DNA of 64,000 bases from a virus (IMGVR_UViG_3300044694_000083:31780-95779), one strand, 5' to 3'. Counted from the first letter of the stretch, positions 19,524-29,833 are shown. Made by a program: numbers and translations. Notes: generated from the sequence alone by a model not told the origin.

Positions 19524-19895
19524 TTAGGACGGCAAGTCTTCCGGCGTCTTGCCATTCTGGAGTGGCAGGCTCGCGGGTGCATGTGCAGGCGGCGGCAGGT
19601 TCTTGTTCGTGATGGTGGACAGGTCGAAGCCGTCGAGCATGGCACGCTGAACCCAGCCCAGCACGAAGGAGCCGATACGGTACTTCTCGGGCAGATTGCG
19701 CGCGTCGAACTGTTCGTCCATGGCGCCGAGTTGGCCGGCGTCCTCGCGCGCCTCGCCGTCGACGGCCTCGGGATCAGTGGTGAACCAGAACTCGCGGGTG
19801 AGGCGGTTGCACCAGCGCAGAGTGCGGTAGATGGTTACGCCGTTGAGGCGGCAAGCCATGTAGTCAGTGGCGTTGATCGTCTTCTGCGATTTCAT
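19524..19895 (-). CDS. Hypothetical protein
   Basis: AAAGGA RBS. Confidence 0.55.
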   Translation of the reverse strand: MKSQKTINATDYMACRLNGVTIYRTLRWCNRLTREFWFTTDPEAVDGEAREDAGQLGAMDEQFDARNLPEKYRIGSFVLGWVQRAMLDGFDLSTITNKNLPPPAHAPASLPLQNGKTPEDLPS

Positions 19896-19936
19896 ACAGT
19901 CCTTTCGGTGGGCCCCGCCGGAGCGGGGACGGGTTG

Positions 19937-20167
19937 TTAGGCAGCGTAGTCGAGCTCAAGGCGACGCCGCGCCATGTAGGCCTGGTTCGCCGCGTGCCGG
20001 CGCGCCAGGATCCCGGCGTCGCGGCGGATGTTGACCTGGCCGTGCCACCACGGCGCAGCCCGGCCACAGGTGACGGCGTCGCCGATCTCGTCGAACGAGC
20101 CGAGCACGGCGCCATCCTCATCGACGACGTCGAACAGTTTGCCGCTGGGGTTGGTGCCGTTGAACAT
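19937..20167 (-). CDS. Hypothetical protein
   Basis: GGAGA RBS. Confidence 0.55.
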   Translation of the reverse strand: MFNGTNPSGKLFDVVDEDGAVLGSFDEIGDAVTCGRAAPWWHGQVNIRRDAGILARRHAANQAYMARRRLELDYAA

Positions 20168-20206
20168 GGTATCTCCAGGTGGGCCCGGCGGACCGGGCGG
20201 GGTTGG

Positions 20207-20392
20207 TCAAGCGGTGATTTGGATCGGTGCGATCAGAGCATCGACGCCACGTTTTTTCAGGAAGCGGACGACGCGCATTGCCTTGACGCGGTCCATCAGG
20301 CGCATCTTGTGACCGACCTGCTTCGTGGATTGACCGGCGTCCTGTTCGTAGCGGACCTGGTACATCGTGCGCATCTTCTGTTTCGCTGCCAT
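20207..20392 (-). CDS. Hypothetical basic protein
   Basis: AGGAGG RBS, first gene after promoter. Confidence 0.6.
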   Translation of the reverse strand: MAAKQKMRTMYQVRYEQDAGQSTKQVGHKMRLMDRVKAMRVVRFLKKRGVDALIAPIQITA

Positions 20393-20509
20393 TTTAGCCT
20401 CCTGGTTATCTGTCGCTCATCTCGCGACCACAGAACCATTGTACATCAAATTTGAGTAACGGTGTTGCGGTTGTTCTCGTGCGCGTGCGCATGAGTCTCC
20501 TCGCGCGTT

Positions 20510-20880
20510 TTCTGGTTCCTTGGTTACTGTCGTGAAAAATACGTTTAAAATCAAAGACTTATTGGTAACCAAGCTTGGTTACCTGTTGGTTCGGTGGTTA
20601 CCTTGGCAGGGAACCTGGAAACTGCATGGTTTCGGGCGGTAACCCGTAAGTCGTTGATTTTAAAGTGGTAACCTGGGAACCGAAATCTGGCGCGCAAAAC
20701 CCCTATAAGTAAAACACACACACCCCTCCACCCCAATGTACATACAACACAACAAAAACACTTCATGGTGTCTTTTATTATATTTATCGGTTACCGTATA
20801 GATTTATATAAAAAGAGCCTTTAAAATCAATGACTTATGCGGTAACCTTGGCTGGTTACCAGCTGGTTCCCTGGTAACCA
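20510..20880. repeat. Origin-like locus 1: GGTWAC(C)/GGTTCC iterons, IHF-like sites, AT-rich core
   Basis: Roughly a dozen GGTAACC/GGTTACC variants; AATCAAnnnnTTA at ~20549, ~20647 (rev), ~20825. Confidence 0.75.
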
Positions 20881-20893
20881 TAGGCCCGGGCGC

Positions 20894-20917
20894 AAAAAAG
20901 CCCGCCGAAGCGGGCTG
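20894..20917 (-). terminator. Intrinsic terminator
   Basis: AAAAAAGCCCGC-cgaa-GCGGGCT. Confidence 0.75.
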
Positions 20918-20919
20918 GA

Positions 20920-21153
20920 TCATGCAACGCACCAGACTCTGCAACCTCCCGGTTCGGCTCTGATGCTGAACTTGCGCCCCGTGCTACGTGACCAGCGGGT
21001 GCTGTAAGTTCGGATGTTGGCGACCATCCTCTCGTCGCCATCGACCCAGAAGCAGTCGCCCACGCTCATCTGCCGGTAGGGAAACTTCGGGGCCGGTCCC
21101 GTTCGCTGGCAGGACACCTCGGGCATGTGGCGCCCTCTCTCGATTGCGTACAT
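20920..21153 (-). CDS. Small putative DNA-binding protein
   Basis: KFPYRQMSVGDCFWV..GCRVW phage-type family; GGAGA RBS. Confidence 0.65.
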   Translation of the reverse strand: MYAIERGRHMPEVSCQRTGPAPKFPYRQMSVGDCFWVDGDERMVANIRTYSTRWSRSTGRKFSIRAEPGGCRVWCVA

Positions 21154-21328
21154 ATGGATCTCTCCTATTCATTGTGTATCTCTATACTTACTTCACGACC
21201 TATTTGCATCACGTGTTATCCCGATGTGTCTGTTCGATACATCACTTTCCTGTTTGTATTACTGTATTTGAGGAAACTTTCGGTGATATAATTGATCAAT
21301 TCCAATACGGACACGGCGCGGGGGTGCT

Positions 21329-21856
21329 ATGGGGGCGGTGATCTACTTCGAGAGGCCGGAGCTGCCTGGCGTGCCGGCATTCCGCTGCGAACGGCTGCGG
21401 GCAACGCTGTCCGTGGCGAACTGCGCGGACATGTGGCGCAAAGGGAACCACGACAACATCGAGCGGCTGGCCAGGTGTAAAACGTGTCCGACCGGCGCCG
21501 TGCACGCGGGCGAGACCGCAGCCAGCATGAGTCCGTTCATGGGCGCGTGCGTGTGCGCCAGGTGCCAGCAGACCGCGCCGCGGCTGATCGGCAAACACCT
21601 GTGCGTGTCCTGCTACAACCGCCAGCGCGAGGCCATCGTCGGCAAGAACAGCAAGGGCACGCGCCCGACTAAGCTCAAGCCGCTGGGTAGGCGCACGGTG
21701 CGGTACTTCGCCGACGGTGCGCCCATCATGCTCACGATCGACCACACCGTGGACACGACGGAGATGATCGTGGCCGTGCTGCGTGACTCGAAGAAGCGCG
21801 CGACGTTCTCGTTCCTCGGCATGCCGCGCGGGATCCCGCAGGGGAGGCTCTTCTGA
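21329..21856 (+). CDS. Cys-rich Zn-finger protein (possible regulator)
   Basis: Multiple CxxC motifs. Confidence 0.65.
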   Translation: MGAVIYFERPELPGVPAFRCERLRATLSVANCADMWRKGNHDNIERLARCKTCPTGAVHAGETAASMSPFMGACVCARCQQTAPRLIGKHLCVSCYNRQREAIVGKNSKGTRPTKLKPLGRRTVRYFADGAPIMLTIDHTVDTTEMIVAVLRDSKKRATFSFLGMPRGIPQGRLF

Positions 21857-22155
21857 TGGCTTCGACCCCGACCAACGAGGGCAAGTTGCTGTGGGAGCTC
21901 TCGCCCCACGTCTGCCGCATCTGCTTCGCGCGCGTCCTCCAGCGCACCACGTTCGACCGCCGCAAGGTGTACCGCTGCTCAAGCTGCGAGACGGAGGCCG
22001 AGGGCCCGGGGCCGCAGGTCCTGTGCTGCTGCGGCATCAAGGTGCGCGGTACGCGTGACGCCGGCGTGCGCTGTGTGCCGAACCCGCGCCGCACGCCGGA
22101 GAACCCGGCGCAGTACGTGGCCGAGCAGGTGACCGCACCTGGTGCTGGTGCGTAG
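21856..22155 (+). CDS. Cys-rich Zn-finger protein
   Basis: CRIC, CSSC, CCCG; TGATG coupling. Confidence 0.65.
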   Translation: MASTPTNEGKLLWELSPHVCRICFARVLQRTTFDRRKVYRCSSCETEAEGPGPQVLCCCGIKVRGTRDAGVRCVPNPRRTPENPAQYVAEQVTAPGAGA

Positions 22156-22180
22156 GAAATTAATCATATAAAATACACGA

Positions 22181-22273
22181 ACCAGAGAGCAAGTCAGGGC
22201 GTCAGGCGCATAAGTGGCCGGCCCGCCTGGTGTTTTTCACAACCCTTCAACTTTCGGGCGCCTATCGGGCGCG
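22181..22273 (+). repeat. att-like site J (core then arm)
   Basis: ACCAGA-GAGCAAG-TCAGGG(CGTCAGG); arm TCGGGCGCCTA-TCGGGCGCG 22254-22273. Confidence 0.8.
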
Positions 22274-22278
22274 AGACC

Positions 22279-22755
22279 ATGAAACGACTGTACATCAGCG
22301 GGCCGATGACCGGCTTGTCGCAAAACAACGTCCACGCTTTCAACGCTGAGGCTGAGCGCCTGCGCCTGCTCGATTTCGATGTGGCGAACCCTGCCATCAT
22401 CAAGGAGCAGCCCGGCTTTACCTGGTCGGACTACATGACCCACGCCCTGGCCATGCTGCTGGCCTGTGACGGGGTCGTCATGCTGCCGGGCTGGGAGCAG
22501 AGCCGCGGCGCCTGCCTCGAGCGCCTGGTGGCCGTCGAGCTCGGCGTGCCGGTGTTCCTGGCTGCCGACGTCACGGGCGGACTCGCCATCGCGCAGAACG
22601 ACGGTGCCGATGCCGCGCGCGCACTGTACCGCTGGGCCCGTGCTAGCGCCCGTATGAGCGATGCAAAGGATATCGAGGCAGCGCGTGACACGTACCTGGT
22701 CTACGACGCCGCCCGAGCCGCCCTGCTGAAGGCGGTGGAAGGCGGTGCGGTATGA
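22279..22755 (+). CDS. DUF4406-like (nucleoside deoxyribosyltransferase fold) protein
   Basis: LYISGPMTG..NPA..LPGWEQSRGACLE. Confidence 0.85.
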   Translation: MKRLYISGPMTGLSQNNVHAFNAEAERLRLLDFDVANPAIIKEQPGFTWSDYMTHALAMLLACDGVVMLPGWEQSRGACLERLVAVELGVPVFLAADVTGGLAIAQNDGADAARALYRWARASARMSDAKDIEAARDTYLVYDAARAALLKAVEGGAV

Positions 22756-23192
22756 GTTCCGTCATGTACCGCGAGCACGACGACGTCGCGATCATCATTA
22801 CGCGAGCCAGCGAAACCAAGGTGCACGTCTCGGCGACGGCGCACCTCGTCAAGCAGGGCGAGCCGTACACGGCGACCGATGTCCTCGCGCTGGCTGCTGG
22901 CGTGGAGGCCCTGCAGCAGGAGCGCAACCGGCTGCGAGAGGAGCTGGACGCAGCCCGCGCCGGCGAGATCGGCCGCGAGCACGCTGAGGCATTGCAGGGT
23001 GCACGTAAGGTGATAGCCGAGCTGCGCGAGGCTGGCGTGGCCTTCTTCGAGGTCTACGACCAAGGCGAGGCACCGGATAGCGGCTTAGACGATGCTTTCC
23101 GTAAGAAAGTGGACACCGCTGACCGCTGGCTGGTCTCGGACAGCACGGCCGCCATGGCGCGCGCCAAGGTGCTGAAAGGCGGCGCCCAATGA
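22752..23192 (+). CDS. Hypothetical protein
   Basis: Overlap-coupled ORF. Confidence 0.6.
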   Translation: MSSVMYREHDDVAIIITRASETKVHVSATAHLVKQGEPYTATDVLALAAGVEALQQERNRLREELDAARAGEIGREHAEALQGARKVIAELREAGVAFFEVYDQGEAPDSGLDDAFRKKVDTADRWLVSDSTAAMARAKVLKGGAQ

Positions 23193-23704
23193 CCGCCGCG
23201 ACCCGCGAGAAGGTGCTGGCGGCGCTGGAGCAGGCGTGCCGGGAAGAGGCCGCGAGTGTCTGGAAGACCGACCTGGTCGACGAGGCACACACGGATGAAG
23301 GCTGCGCGCCTCTCGGCGCCGGCACCACGCGCATCATTGAGCTGAGCGAACCGCAAGGCTCACACCCGCGCACCACGCGCCGAGTGCTTGATGCCGAGGT
23401 GGCCGCCGGTCGCGTGTTGCGCCACAAGGCCGACGGGCGGGGTCTGATCCGCTGGTGGCCCGTCGGCCTGCTGGACAAGCTGCAGGCTGAGCGCGCGAGC
23501 GCCGGCATGCGCACGTACTGCCTCGGCTACACGCACGCCAAGTGCGCGGCCTGCCAACACGAGCGCAACTGGGGCGTGCTGAACGAGATGCCGGACGCGG
23601 AACGACTGCCGCTCCAGGTGACCATGACGCGCATCGACAGCGACAAATGCCGGATGACCAACATGGGCGAGCACGCGCCCGTCATCGCCGGAGACGCATC
23701 GTGA
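23189..23704 (+). CDS. Hypothetical protein
   Basis: ATGA-coupled ORF. Confidence 0.6.
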   Translation: MTAATREKVLAALEQACREEAASVWKTDLVDEAHTDEGCAPLGAGTTRIIELSEPQGSHPRTTRRVLDAEVAAGRVLRHKADGRGLIRWWPVGLLDKLQAERASAGMRTYCLGYTHAKCAACQHERNWGVLNEMPDAERLPLQVTMTRIDSDKCRMTNMGEHAPVIAGDAS

Positions 23705-23907
23705 AGCTGCCCGACTACATCGAATCCCTGAAGAAGCGGCGCGCACAGGCCGAGCGAGAGCGTGAGGAGGCGTTTGCGCTGCTGCGCGAGGTCGTCGGCG
23801 AGGCGGGTGAGGTGCCGTTCCTGCCAGCGGTCGTGTCGTCTGGCCTGGTCGCGCGGATCCGCTACCTGCTTGGCCAAGTTGGCGAAGGGAGCGCAAATGG
23901 CGCGTGA
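23701..23907 (+). CDS. Hypothetical protein
   Basis: GTGA coupling on both sides. Confidence 0.5.
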   Translation: MKLPDYIESLKKRRAQAEREREEAFALLREVVGEAGEVPFLPAVVSSGLVARIRYLLGQVGEGSANGA

Positions 23908-24134
23908 CCCGCGACGTCACCCTGATCGATGGCACGACCGTCGACAGCTGGTCGGAGGCCTGGCGCCACGAGTGCGAGGCCCGCGCCATCCTGGCGATGC
24001 CGACCAGGGACGCGCGGCGTAAGCACCTGGACCACGTCGAGCGCCTGCGCGGGACGAAGGAGCGCCAGCGGCTGGAGGAAACGGCCCTGGCGATCTGGGA
24101 GCAGCGGCGCGGCTCACGCGCGGCGGCGTCGTGA
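23904..24134 (+). CDS. Conserved small phage protein
   Basis: SEAWRHECEAR..ERLRG motif. Confidence 0.6.
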   Translation: MTRDVTLIDGTTVDSWSEAWRHECEARAILAMPTRDARRKHLDHVERLRGTKERQRLEETALAIWEQRRGSRAAAS

Positions 24135-24150
24135 CCCGATGATGGAACAG
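24127..24150 (+). promoter_or_regulatory. CGTCGTGA-type promoter
   Basis: CGTCGTGA-CCC-GATGAT-7nt-ATG (24151). Confidence 0.5.
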
Positions 24151-24486
24151 ATGTTCGAGTCAGCGTCGCCCCACCTTCAAGGAGACCGTATGCATACCGC
24201 AGCCGCAAACCCTGATCCCGTCATCAAACGCAGCCCGCGCCTCGGCGCCCTCGTCATCCTGGCAACCTGCGTGCCGTTCTGGGTGGCCGTAGCCTGGATG
24301 GTGACCCAATGAGCCTGCGCGAGAAGTACCGGGACGAGATCCGGGACGGCGCTGCCGGCATCCTGCTCTTCACCATGTGCGGCGTGCTTGGCTGGCTGGT
24401 CGGCCTGGCGATCGCGGTGGCGACGATATGAACGCGGGTCGTGAAAGTATCATTTCTGATTATTTCGACCAAGCAGAAGGACAACC

Positions 24487-25407
24487 ATGAATGACCAGAA
24501 AATTTATGAGCTGATCGCGAAGCATGGCCGCGTGCGCGCCGTGCAGCTTGCCGACTGGCTCGATGAGGACCTGTCCGATGTCAGCCAGGCGCTGCGCGGG
24601 CTGGTCGACGTGGGCGACGTAGTGCAGGCGCGCGGCACGGCGCCGAACGGCCAGCCGTCGATGTTCTACGAGCTCAGCGCAGATTTCATCCGCTCGCGCG
24701 CTGGCAAGGATATCCTGGCGCGCGTGAATGTGGATCCGGCGCCGAACGTGGCCGAGCCTGAAGCGCCGGCGCCAGCGGCACCCGAGGCTATGCCTGACGA
24801 GCCGGCCGCCGGCACCTATGCCGAGCGCGCCGTTGCCTATCTGACGAAGCACGGCGACACGCCTAACGAGGTCCTGCGCATGGCGCTCGGTCTGGCGCGC
24901 GAGCAGGCGCCGGCCAACTTTCTGAAGTCGGCGATCAACGCCGGCAAGCTGCACAAGGACGGCGGTATCTGGCGCCTGGGCAAGGGGCGCGCCTGGAACG
25001 GCCCGACGATCCCGTCCAAGGGCGGCCCGGTGGCGTCGTTCGATCCGAAGGCCCCGATCGAGTACCCGGCCGGCACAGAGAAGCCAGCCGCCGGCGCATT
25101 CGATACCCTGCTGAAGGCGCCTGAGCCGGCCCAGCCCGCGGCGGTGCCCGTGCCGCCGGTGGCCGTTGCCGCGCCGGTCGACCTGGCGAAGCTGAAGACC
25201 GAGCCGGCCCCCGTCGCCGTGCCTGTGTTCGTGCCGCCGGCGCCGGCCGCCACCGCGCCCGTCTACCGCGCCGCGCTCTGGTCCGATGGGATCCTCGAGC
25301 TGCAGCGCGACGGCCAGACCGTCCTGACGTGCACGCGCGGTGAGGGAGAGTTCCTGTCGTCGTTCCTGGCGCGCACGCTGGGCGAGGCCGGGAAGGTGGC
25401 GGCATGA
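24487..25407 (+). CDS. Winged-helix protein with Pro/Ala-rich linker
   Basis: AVQLADWLDEDLSDVSQALRGLV HTH-like; AAGGA RBS. Confidence 0.65.
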   Translation: MNDQKIYELIAKHGRVRAVQLADWLDEDLSDVSQALRGLVDVGDVVQARGTAPNGQPSMFYELSADFIRSRAGKDILARVNVDPAPNVAEPEAPAPAAPEAMPDEPAAGTYAERAVAYLTKHGDTPNEVLRMALGLAREQAPANFLKSAINAGKLHKDGGIWRLGKGRAWNGPTIPSKGGPVASFDPKAPIEYPAGTEKPAAGAFDTLLKAPEPAQPAAVPVPPVAVAAPVDLAKLKTEPAPVAVPVFVPPAPAATAPVYRAALWSDGILELQRDGQTVLTCTRGEGEFLSSFLARTLGEAGKVAA

Positions 25408-25748
25408 TGGACTTTGCCATGCTCCTGTTCCTGCTGCTGGTCGGTCACGCGCTGGCGGACTATCCGCTGCAGGGTGACTTCCTGGCGCAGGCCAAGAACC
25501 GCAACACGGCGATCGGCAAGGTGTTCTGGCCGCATGCGCTGGCTGCGCACTCAGTCATCCATGGAGGCTTCGTGCTGCTGCTGACCGGGTCGCTCTGGCT
25601 GGCGCTGACTGAGGTGTTCGTCCATGCGATCACGGACTGGCTGAAGTGCGAAGGCCAGCTGTCTCTAAACCAGGATCAGGCCGTGCACGTCGCGTGCAAG
25701 GTCATCTACGCCGCGGCCGTGGTGCTGGTTTCAGCATTGACACCCTGA
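25404..25748 (+). CDS. DUF3307-like membrane protein
   Basis: GHALADYPLQ..HSVIH..HAITD..DQAVH. Confidence 0.8.
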   Translation: MMDFAMLLFLLLVGHALADYPLQGDFLAQAKNRNTAIGKVFWPHALAAHSVIHGGFVLLLTGSLWLALTEVFVHAITDWLKCEGQLSLNQDQAVHVACKVIYAAAVVLVSALTP

Positions 25749-25837
25749 TTCCAAATCAGGCGCGCGGCACGCCGAAAGCCGCGCGTCATCTGCATTCCAC
25801 CTGCTGAGCCACCGCGCCCGGGCGCGCATCGGGCGCA
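25743..25837 (+). repeat. att-like site I (core then arm)
   Basis: CCCTGA-TTCCAAA-TCAGGC; arm CCGGGCGCGCA-TCGGGCGCA 25818-25837; TGA is the upstream stop codon. Confidence 0.8.
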
Positions 25838-25844
25838 CGAGACC

Positions 25845-26366
25845 ATGACCGACGATATCGACCTGCACGAATTCACCCACTTCGTCATCCCTGAAGGCGA
25901 CGCGCACCCCGGCGCCCTGTTCCAAGAGCTGATTGAGCTCGACGAGCATATCCACTTTCTGGAGGAGGAGATCGCCGTCGAGTTCCTGCTGCGCGTGGCG
26001 CCGAAGGTGAAACAGGGCCGGCGCCAGCTCGGCATGGCCATCATCCCCACCGTGCAGGGCGAGCTCAAGGACCTGTTCACGCAGCTGCTCGCGCACTGGT
26101 TCGGCCGAGCGCCGCAATTCCTCATCATCCTGGACCAAGAATTCTGGCTGCAGGCCGACGACATCACGCGCCGCGCGCTGCTAGAACACGAGATGTCGCA
26201 TGTGAAGCAAAGTCTCGACAAGAACGGCGATCCGGCCTTTGATCAGGATGGAAACCCAAAATTCGGTATCCGCGCCCATGACGTAGAAGAATTTCAATAC
26301 ATCGTCCGCAAATACGGCGCATGGAATCAGAACCTGGCCGAGTTCCTGCGCGCGGCTGGTCAATAA
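25845..26366 (+). CDS. Putative phage metallopeptidase
   Basis: ALLEHEMSH..HDVEEF..IVRKYG. Confidence 0.8.
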   Translation: MTDDIDLHEFTHFVIPEGDAHPGALFQELIELDEHIHFLEEEIAVEFLLRVAPKVKQGRRQLGMAIIPTVQGELKDLFTQLLAHWFGRAPQFLIILDQEFWLQADDITRRALLEHEMSHVKQSLDKNGDPAFDQDGNPKFGIRAHDVEEFQYIVRKYGAWNQNLAEFLRAAGQ

Positions 26367-26428
26367 AAACAACACCATTACTCAAAAATGATTTAGAATT
26401 GGTCTGTCTAAACCATTCCAGAACAGAC

Positions 26429-26791
26429 ATGACCTCTCAACAAAACCTGACGCGCGTGGCCGAAGCCGTGCGCGACGCCGCGGCGAAGGCCGTGAGCGAA
26501 AATATCGACCTTCTGCGACGGCAGGGCCACGACCAGGCAGCGACCGCGTACGAGAACGCCGCGCGGCGCGTGATGCAGCTGGACCTCGATCCGATCCTGT
26601 CTGGCGCCGGAGTTGAGCCGGATGCCGACGAGCGCCGCGCCTTCGACAAGGCGGCCGACGCCGCACATTTCAATACCGCGCGCGTTGACGGCGCGCTGTT
26701 CCATCCTGTCACCAAGCGCGCGTTCGCGATCTGGCGCGCAGGTGTTTCGTGGGCTCGTTGTCAATCAACCGAAGGAGAACAAAATGCTTAA
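26429..26791 (+). CDS. Hypothetical protein
   Basis: ORF after AT-rich promoter-like stretch. Confidence 0.55.
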   Translation: MTSQQNLTRVAEAVRDAAAKAVSENIDLLRRQGHDQAATAYENAARRVMQLDLDPILSGAGVEPDADERRAFDKAADAAHFNTARVDGALFHPVTKRAFAIWRAGVSWARCQSTEGEQNA

Positions 26792-26866
26792 GCGCTTCAT
26801 CGACTGGATTTTCTCGATCTTCAGCCCGGCCGAGCCGGAATCCGACGAAGACTGGATGGATCGCCA

Positions 26867-28141
26867 ATGGTAACCGACAACAACGCACCGGCAGGCATCG
26901 ACCTGGACAAGCTGGCCAAAATTGCTGACCGAGTCGACGCGCGCGGGTTGTTTAACGCATCCTGCGACATCCGCGAATGGATCGAAGAAACCCGCTGCGC
27001 CCTCGCTCGCCGGGCTGCAGCAGATGCACCGGCACGTAAGGTTCGCGAAGCGCTGGAGATTATCGCTGGATGGGAATTGCCTGCATCTGGCCAAACTTGG
27101 GACGATGGATCGCCTATGTCATACGGGGCAGCGTTCGGGTCGAATGGGGAGCGTGACTACATGCGTCAGGTTGCATCGGATGCACTACAGGCGCTCGCCC
27201 GGCAGCCCTCTATCGCCCACCCTGTCGGACAGGTATCGCCCGCTATCGACCAAGCTCAGGCCGATCACGACGAAGCCGTCTTACTGCTGTCGGCAGTGTT
27301 CGACGCATGGGAAAACGGCGATCCTTGCTATGAAGACCCGGACACGAGCAGCGGCTTTCTCGGCATAGCATTCCGCTTGGACGACGAAGTGTTCAACCGT
27401 TGCTGCGCATTGCTGAACAGGCTGAACCCGCCGCGCAACGCCGCTCCTCCCGCGCCTGTGTGCCATGCGCCGGCCGGCTGGAAACTGGTTCCGATTGAGC
27501 CAACAGATGAAATGCGGTTGGCCTGCCAATGGCTGGATTATTCCGACCATATCGACGCCGATTGGGCGCGCATGCTAGACGCCGCTCCCGCCGCCCCTGC
27601 CGCTGTCTCGCCTTCCGACGCGACGGGGAAAGCTGACGCTGCCAGTGCGGGCGGTCTGAAGCCGTACGGCTACGCTGTCGAGCAGCCGGACGGGCATGTG
27701 ACGTTCTTCAAGGAGGACCCGACCGGGTTCCGCCAGCAGCAGTGGGCCGACCTGCGCGTGGTCGTGCATACGCTCTACTCAGGCGACAGACCTGCCGCTG
27801 CGGACGCAGGCGGTCTGCTGGTCGGATACGTCGAGCCGGGCCACCTTCAGCAGCTGCGCGAGAACCAGCGGGAAGGCTGTTACATCAAGCTGTACGCCGT
27901 GCCGTTCACTGCCGAAAGCGCGCGCCCGACTGAGCCGCTGTACGCGGCCAACGCAGGCGAAGACACCGCGCGCCTGAACTTCCTGGACACGAACGTTCAC
28001 AAGTTCCGCATGGGCTGGCGCGTCGGCCAGGCGCCTGTCGGCAACCTGTCCGTGCAGTCGATCATCATGGGCGGCCAGCCGATCCGCGAGGCCATCGACG
28101 CCGCCAGAGCAGCCGCTGTGGGCGCAGGAGGTCAACCATGA
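26867..28141 (+). CDS. Mosaic phage accessory protein
   Basis: GWKLVPIEPT..M, DTARLNFL..REAIDAA mosaic segments. Confidence 0.7.
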   Translation: MVTDNNAPAGIDLDKLAKIADRVDARGLFNASCDIREWIEETRCALARRAAADAPARKVREALEIIAGWELPASGQTWDDGSPMSYGAAFGSNGERDYMRQVASDALQALARQPSIAHPVGQVSPAIDQAQADHDEAVLLLSAVFDAWENGDPCYEDPDTSSGFLGIAFRLDDEVFNRCCALLNRLNPPRNAAPPAPVCHAPAGWKLVPIEPTDEMRLACQWLDYSDHIDADWARMLDAAPAAPAAVSPSDATGKADAASAGGLKPYGYAVEQPDGHVTFFKEDPTGFRQQQWADLRVVVHTLYSGDRPAAADAGGLLVGYVEPGHLQQLRENQREGCYIKLYAVPFTAESARPTEPLYAANAGEDTARLNFLDTNVHKFRMGWRVGQAPVGNLSVQSIIMGGQPIREAIDAARAAAVGAGGQP

Positions 28142-28488
28142 CGCGCGACCTGCGGGCGTGGCTGGACGCGGCGGAATACCTGCCCGAGTTCATGCGCGAT
28201 TTCCACGACCAGAAAGACCTGTTCAAGACCATCCACGAACTGGTGAACGAGCACGACGGCACCAAGGCCATCAGCTGGCGCGATGCCCACATCTACACCA
28301 TCGACGTGTTCCTGTGGTTCATGGCGCGGCGCGGGTACACGCTGCAACGCAGTCGGGCGAAGTGCGAATTTTTGGACATCCACCAGACCATCGCGGACCA
28401 GACCAAAACGCGCCAGGACGCCTTCACGGCAGCCATGAGAGCAGCCGCCCAGGAGGCGGCAGCGCAGAAGGGAGGCGCCGATGCGTGA
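28138..28488 (+). CDS. Conserved phage hypothetical protein
   Basis: YLPEFMRDFHDQKDLFK..FLWFMARRGYTLQ. Confidence 0.7.
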   Translation: MTRDLRAWLDAAEYLPEFMRDFHDQKDLFKTIHELVNEHDGTKAISWRDAHIYTIDVFLWFMARRGYTLQRSRAKCEFLDIHQTIADQTKTRQDAFTAAMRAAAQEAAAQKGGADA

Positions 28489-28675
28489 TTTCTTTAAGCG
28501 CCTGATGTGCGGCCGCAAGGGGCATTGGCTGAGCCATGTCAGGAACATCTACGGCGACGAGATCAATTACCGAGGCGGCAAGCGCAGCGTCTGGAAGTGC
28601 GACAACTGCGGCGCAATCAAGCTGCGCGATTACCTGCACGATGAACAGAAAGGAACCCCACCCCATGGCCGCTGA
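28481..28675 (+). CDS. Small Zn-binding phage protein
   Basis: LMCGRKGH..CDNCG. Confidence 0.55.
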   Translation: MRDFFKRLMCGRKGHWLSHVRNIYGDEINYRGGKRSVWKCDNCGAIKLRDYLHDEQKGTPPHGR

Positions 28676-29234
28676 ACAAAACATCGATGCCGAGCACGAG
28701 CGCGCAGCTTTCGAGGCTTCCGGAATCACCGGCAGGCTGTATCGCAACGCCACGCCGGGCGGAACGGACTACTACGAGGACAGCCACACGGAAATGGCAT
28801 GGCGCGCGTGGCAAGAACGCGCGCGCCGCTCTGCCGCTATTGGAGAGGGCAATCCTGTCGAATTCGACGGAATTAAAACCCCAGAATTCGGGGGGATTGG
28901 AGAGAGCGGACTGCCACAAGCTGCGCAGGGCGTGAAGACGTGGCAGGAGCGCATGACCGAAGCTGGTGGAAGTGGCTGGGTGCCACACTCGTTCATGGTT
29001 GCCGAGATCGCAGACCTCCGCGCCCAGCTTGCGAGCCAGAGCCAGGGAATGCCGACCGACGCGCAGATCATCGCCGCGCTGCACGCCAACGGTATCGACA
29101 CGTACCCGAGCAAATACGGCTTCGACGCGGTACAGATATCGGCCACCAGCGTGCCCGGCCTTCGCAAAGTGCTGGAGACACTCGCCGCACCGCTGCTGTC
29201 CAGCGAACAGCAGGCGACCAAGGAGGGGAAATGA
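28665..29234 (+). CDS. Hypothetical protein
   Basis: ERAAFEA..AWRAWQERA phage motif. Confidence 0.6.
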   Translation: MAAEQNIDAEHERAAFEASGITGRLYRNATPGGTDYYEDSHTEMAWRAWQERARRSAAIGEGNPVEFDGIKTPEFGGIGESGLPQAAQGVKTWQERMTEAGGSGWVPHSFMVAEIADLRAQLASQSQGMPTDAQIIAALHANGIDTYPSKYGFDAVQISATSVPGLRKVLETLAAPLLSSEQQATKEGK

Positions 29235-29734
29235 GCACCCGCCGCAAGACACCGAGGCTCGCTCGTCCCGGCGAGGTCCTTACCCTGGTCGACGAGATGA
29301 TGGCATCGCCGGTCAATCCGATGCCGGAGGCCGACGCCGCGGACCGCGTCGCCGTGGCGCGCCTGCACCTGGCGAACATCCAGACGGCGCCCGTGCCGAC
29401 CGTGATGGACTGGCGCGTGTGCGCGATGGTCGGTAACGTGGTCGAGGTGATGATCGAGCTCGGCTACATCGACGATCCGGACGATCTGCTGATGGATGGC
29501 CAGGCCGCGCTGAAGGACGCCGCCGAGCGCGCGCTGGAGCGCACCGGCGTCATCCGCTTCACGGGCGACGAGCTGCGCGTCGTGGGCGAGCTGATCGACG
29601 GGTTCGCCGACATCCTCGGCTACCTGCCGCACCGCAAGGTGATCCGGGCGTTCCGCGAGACCGACAAGCGCATGCGCGCGCTGGACGCCGGGCAGCGCCG
29701 GCCGGCCGACTACGTGGCGCGCCGGCGCGCCTGA
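29231..29734 (+). CDS. Hypothetical protein
   Basis: GGAGG RBS; stop lies in att-like core H. Confidence 0.65.
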   Translation: MSTRRKTPRLARPGEVLTLVDEMMASPVNPMPEADAADRVAVARLHLANIQTAPVPTVMDWRVCAMVGNVVEVMIELGYIDDPDDLLMDGQAALKDAAERALERTGVIRFTGDELRVVGELIDGFADILGYLPHRKVIRAFRETDKRMRALDAGQRRPADYVARRRA

Positions 29735-29822
29735 CTGTGCATCTGGGCGTCAGCGCCGGCCGCGCCGCTGTACGCCTGCATTTCACCAGCGCGGCAAACA
29801 TTTTGGGCGCCGATAGGGCGCA
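29729..29822 (+). repeat. att-like site H (core then arm)
   Basis: GCCTGA-CTGTGCA-TCTGGG(CGTCAG); arm TTGGGCGCCGA-TAGGGCGCA 29803-29822. Confidence 0.8.
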
Positions 29823-29833
29823 GAAAGTAAAAA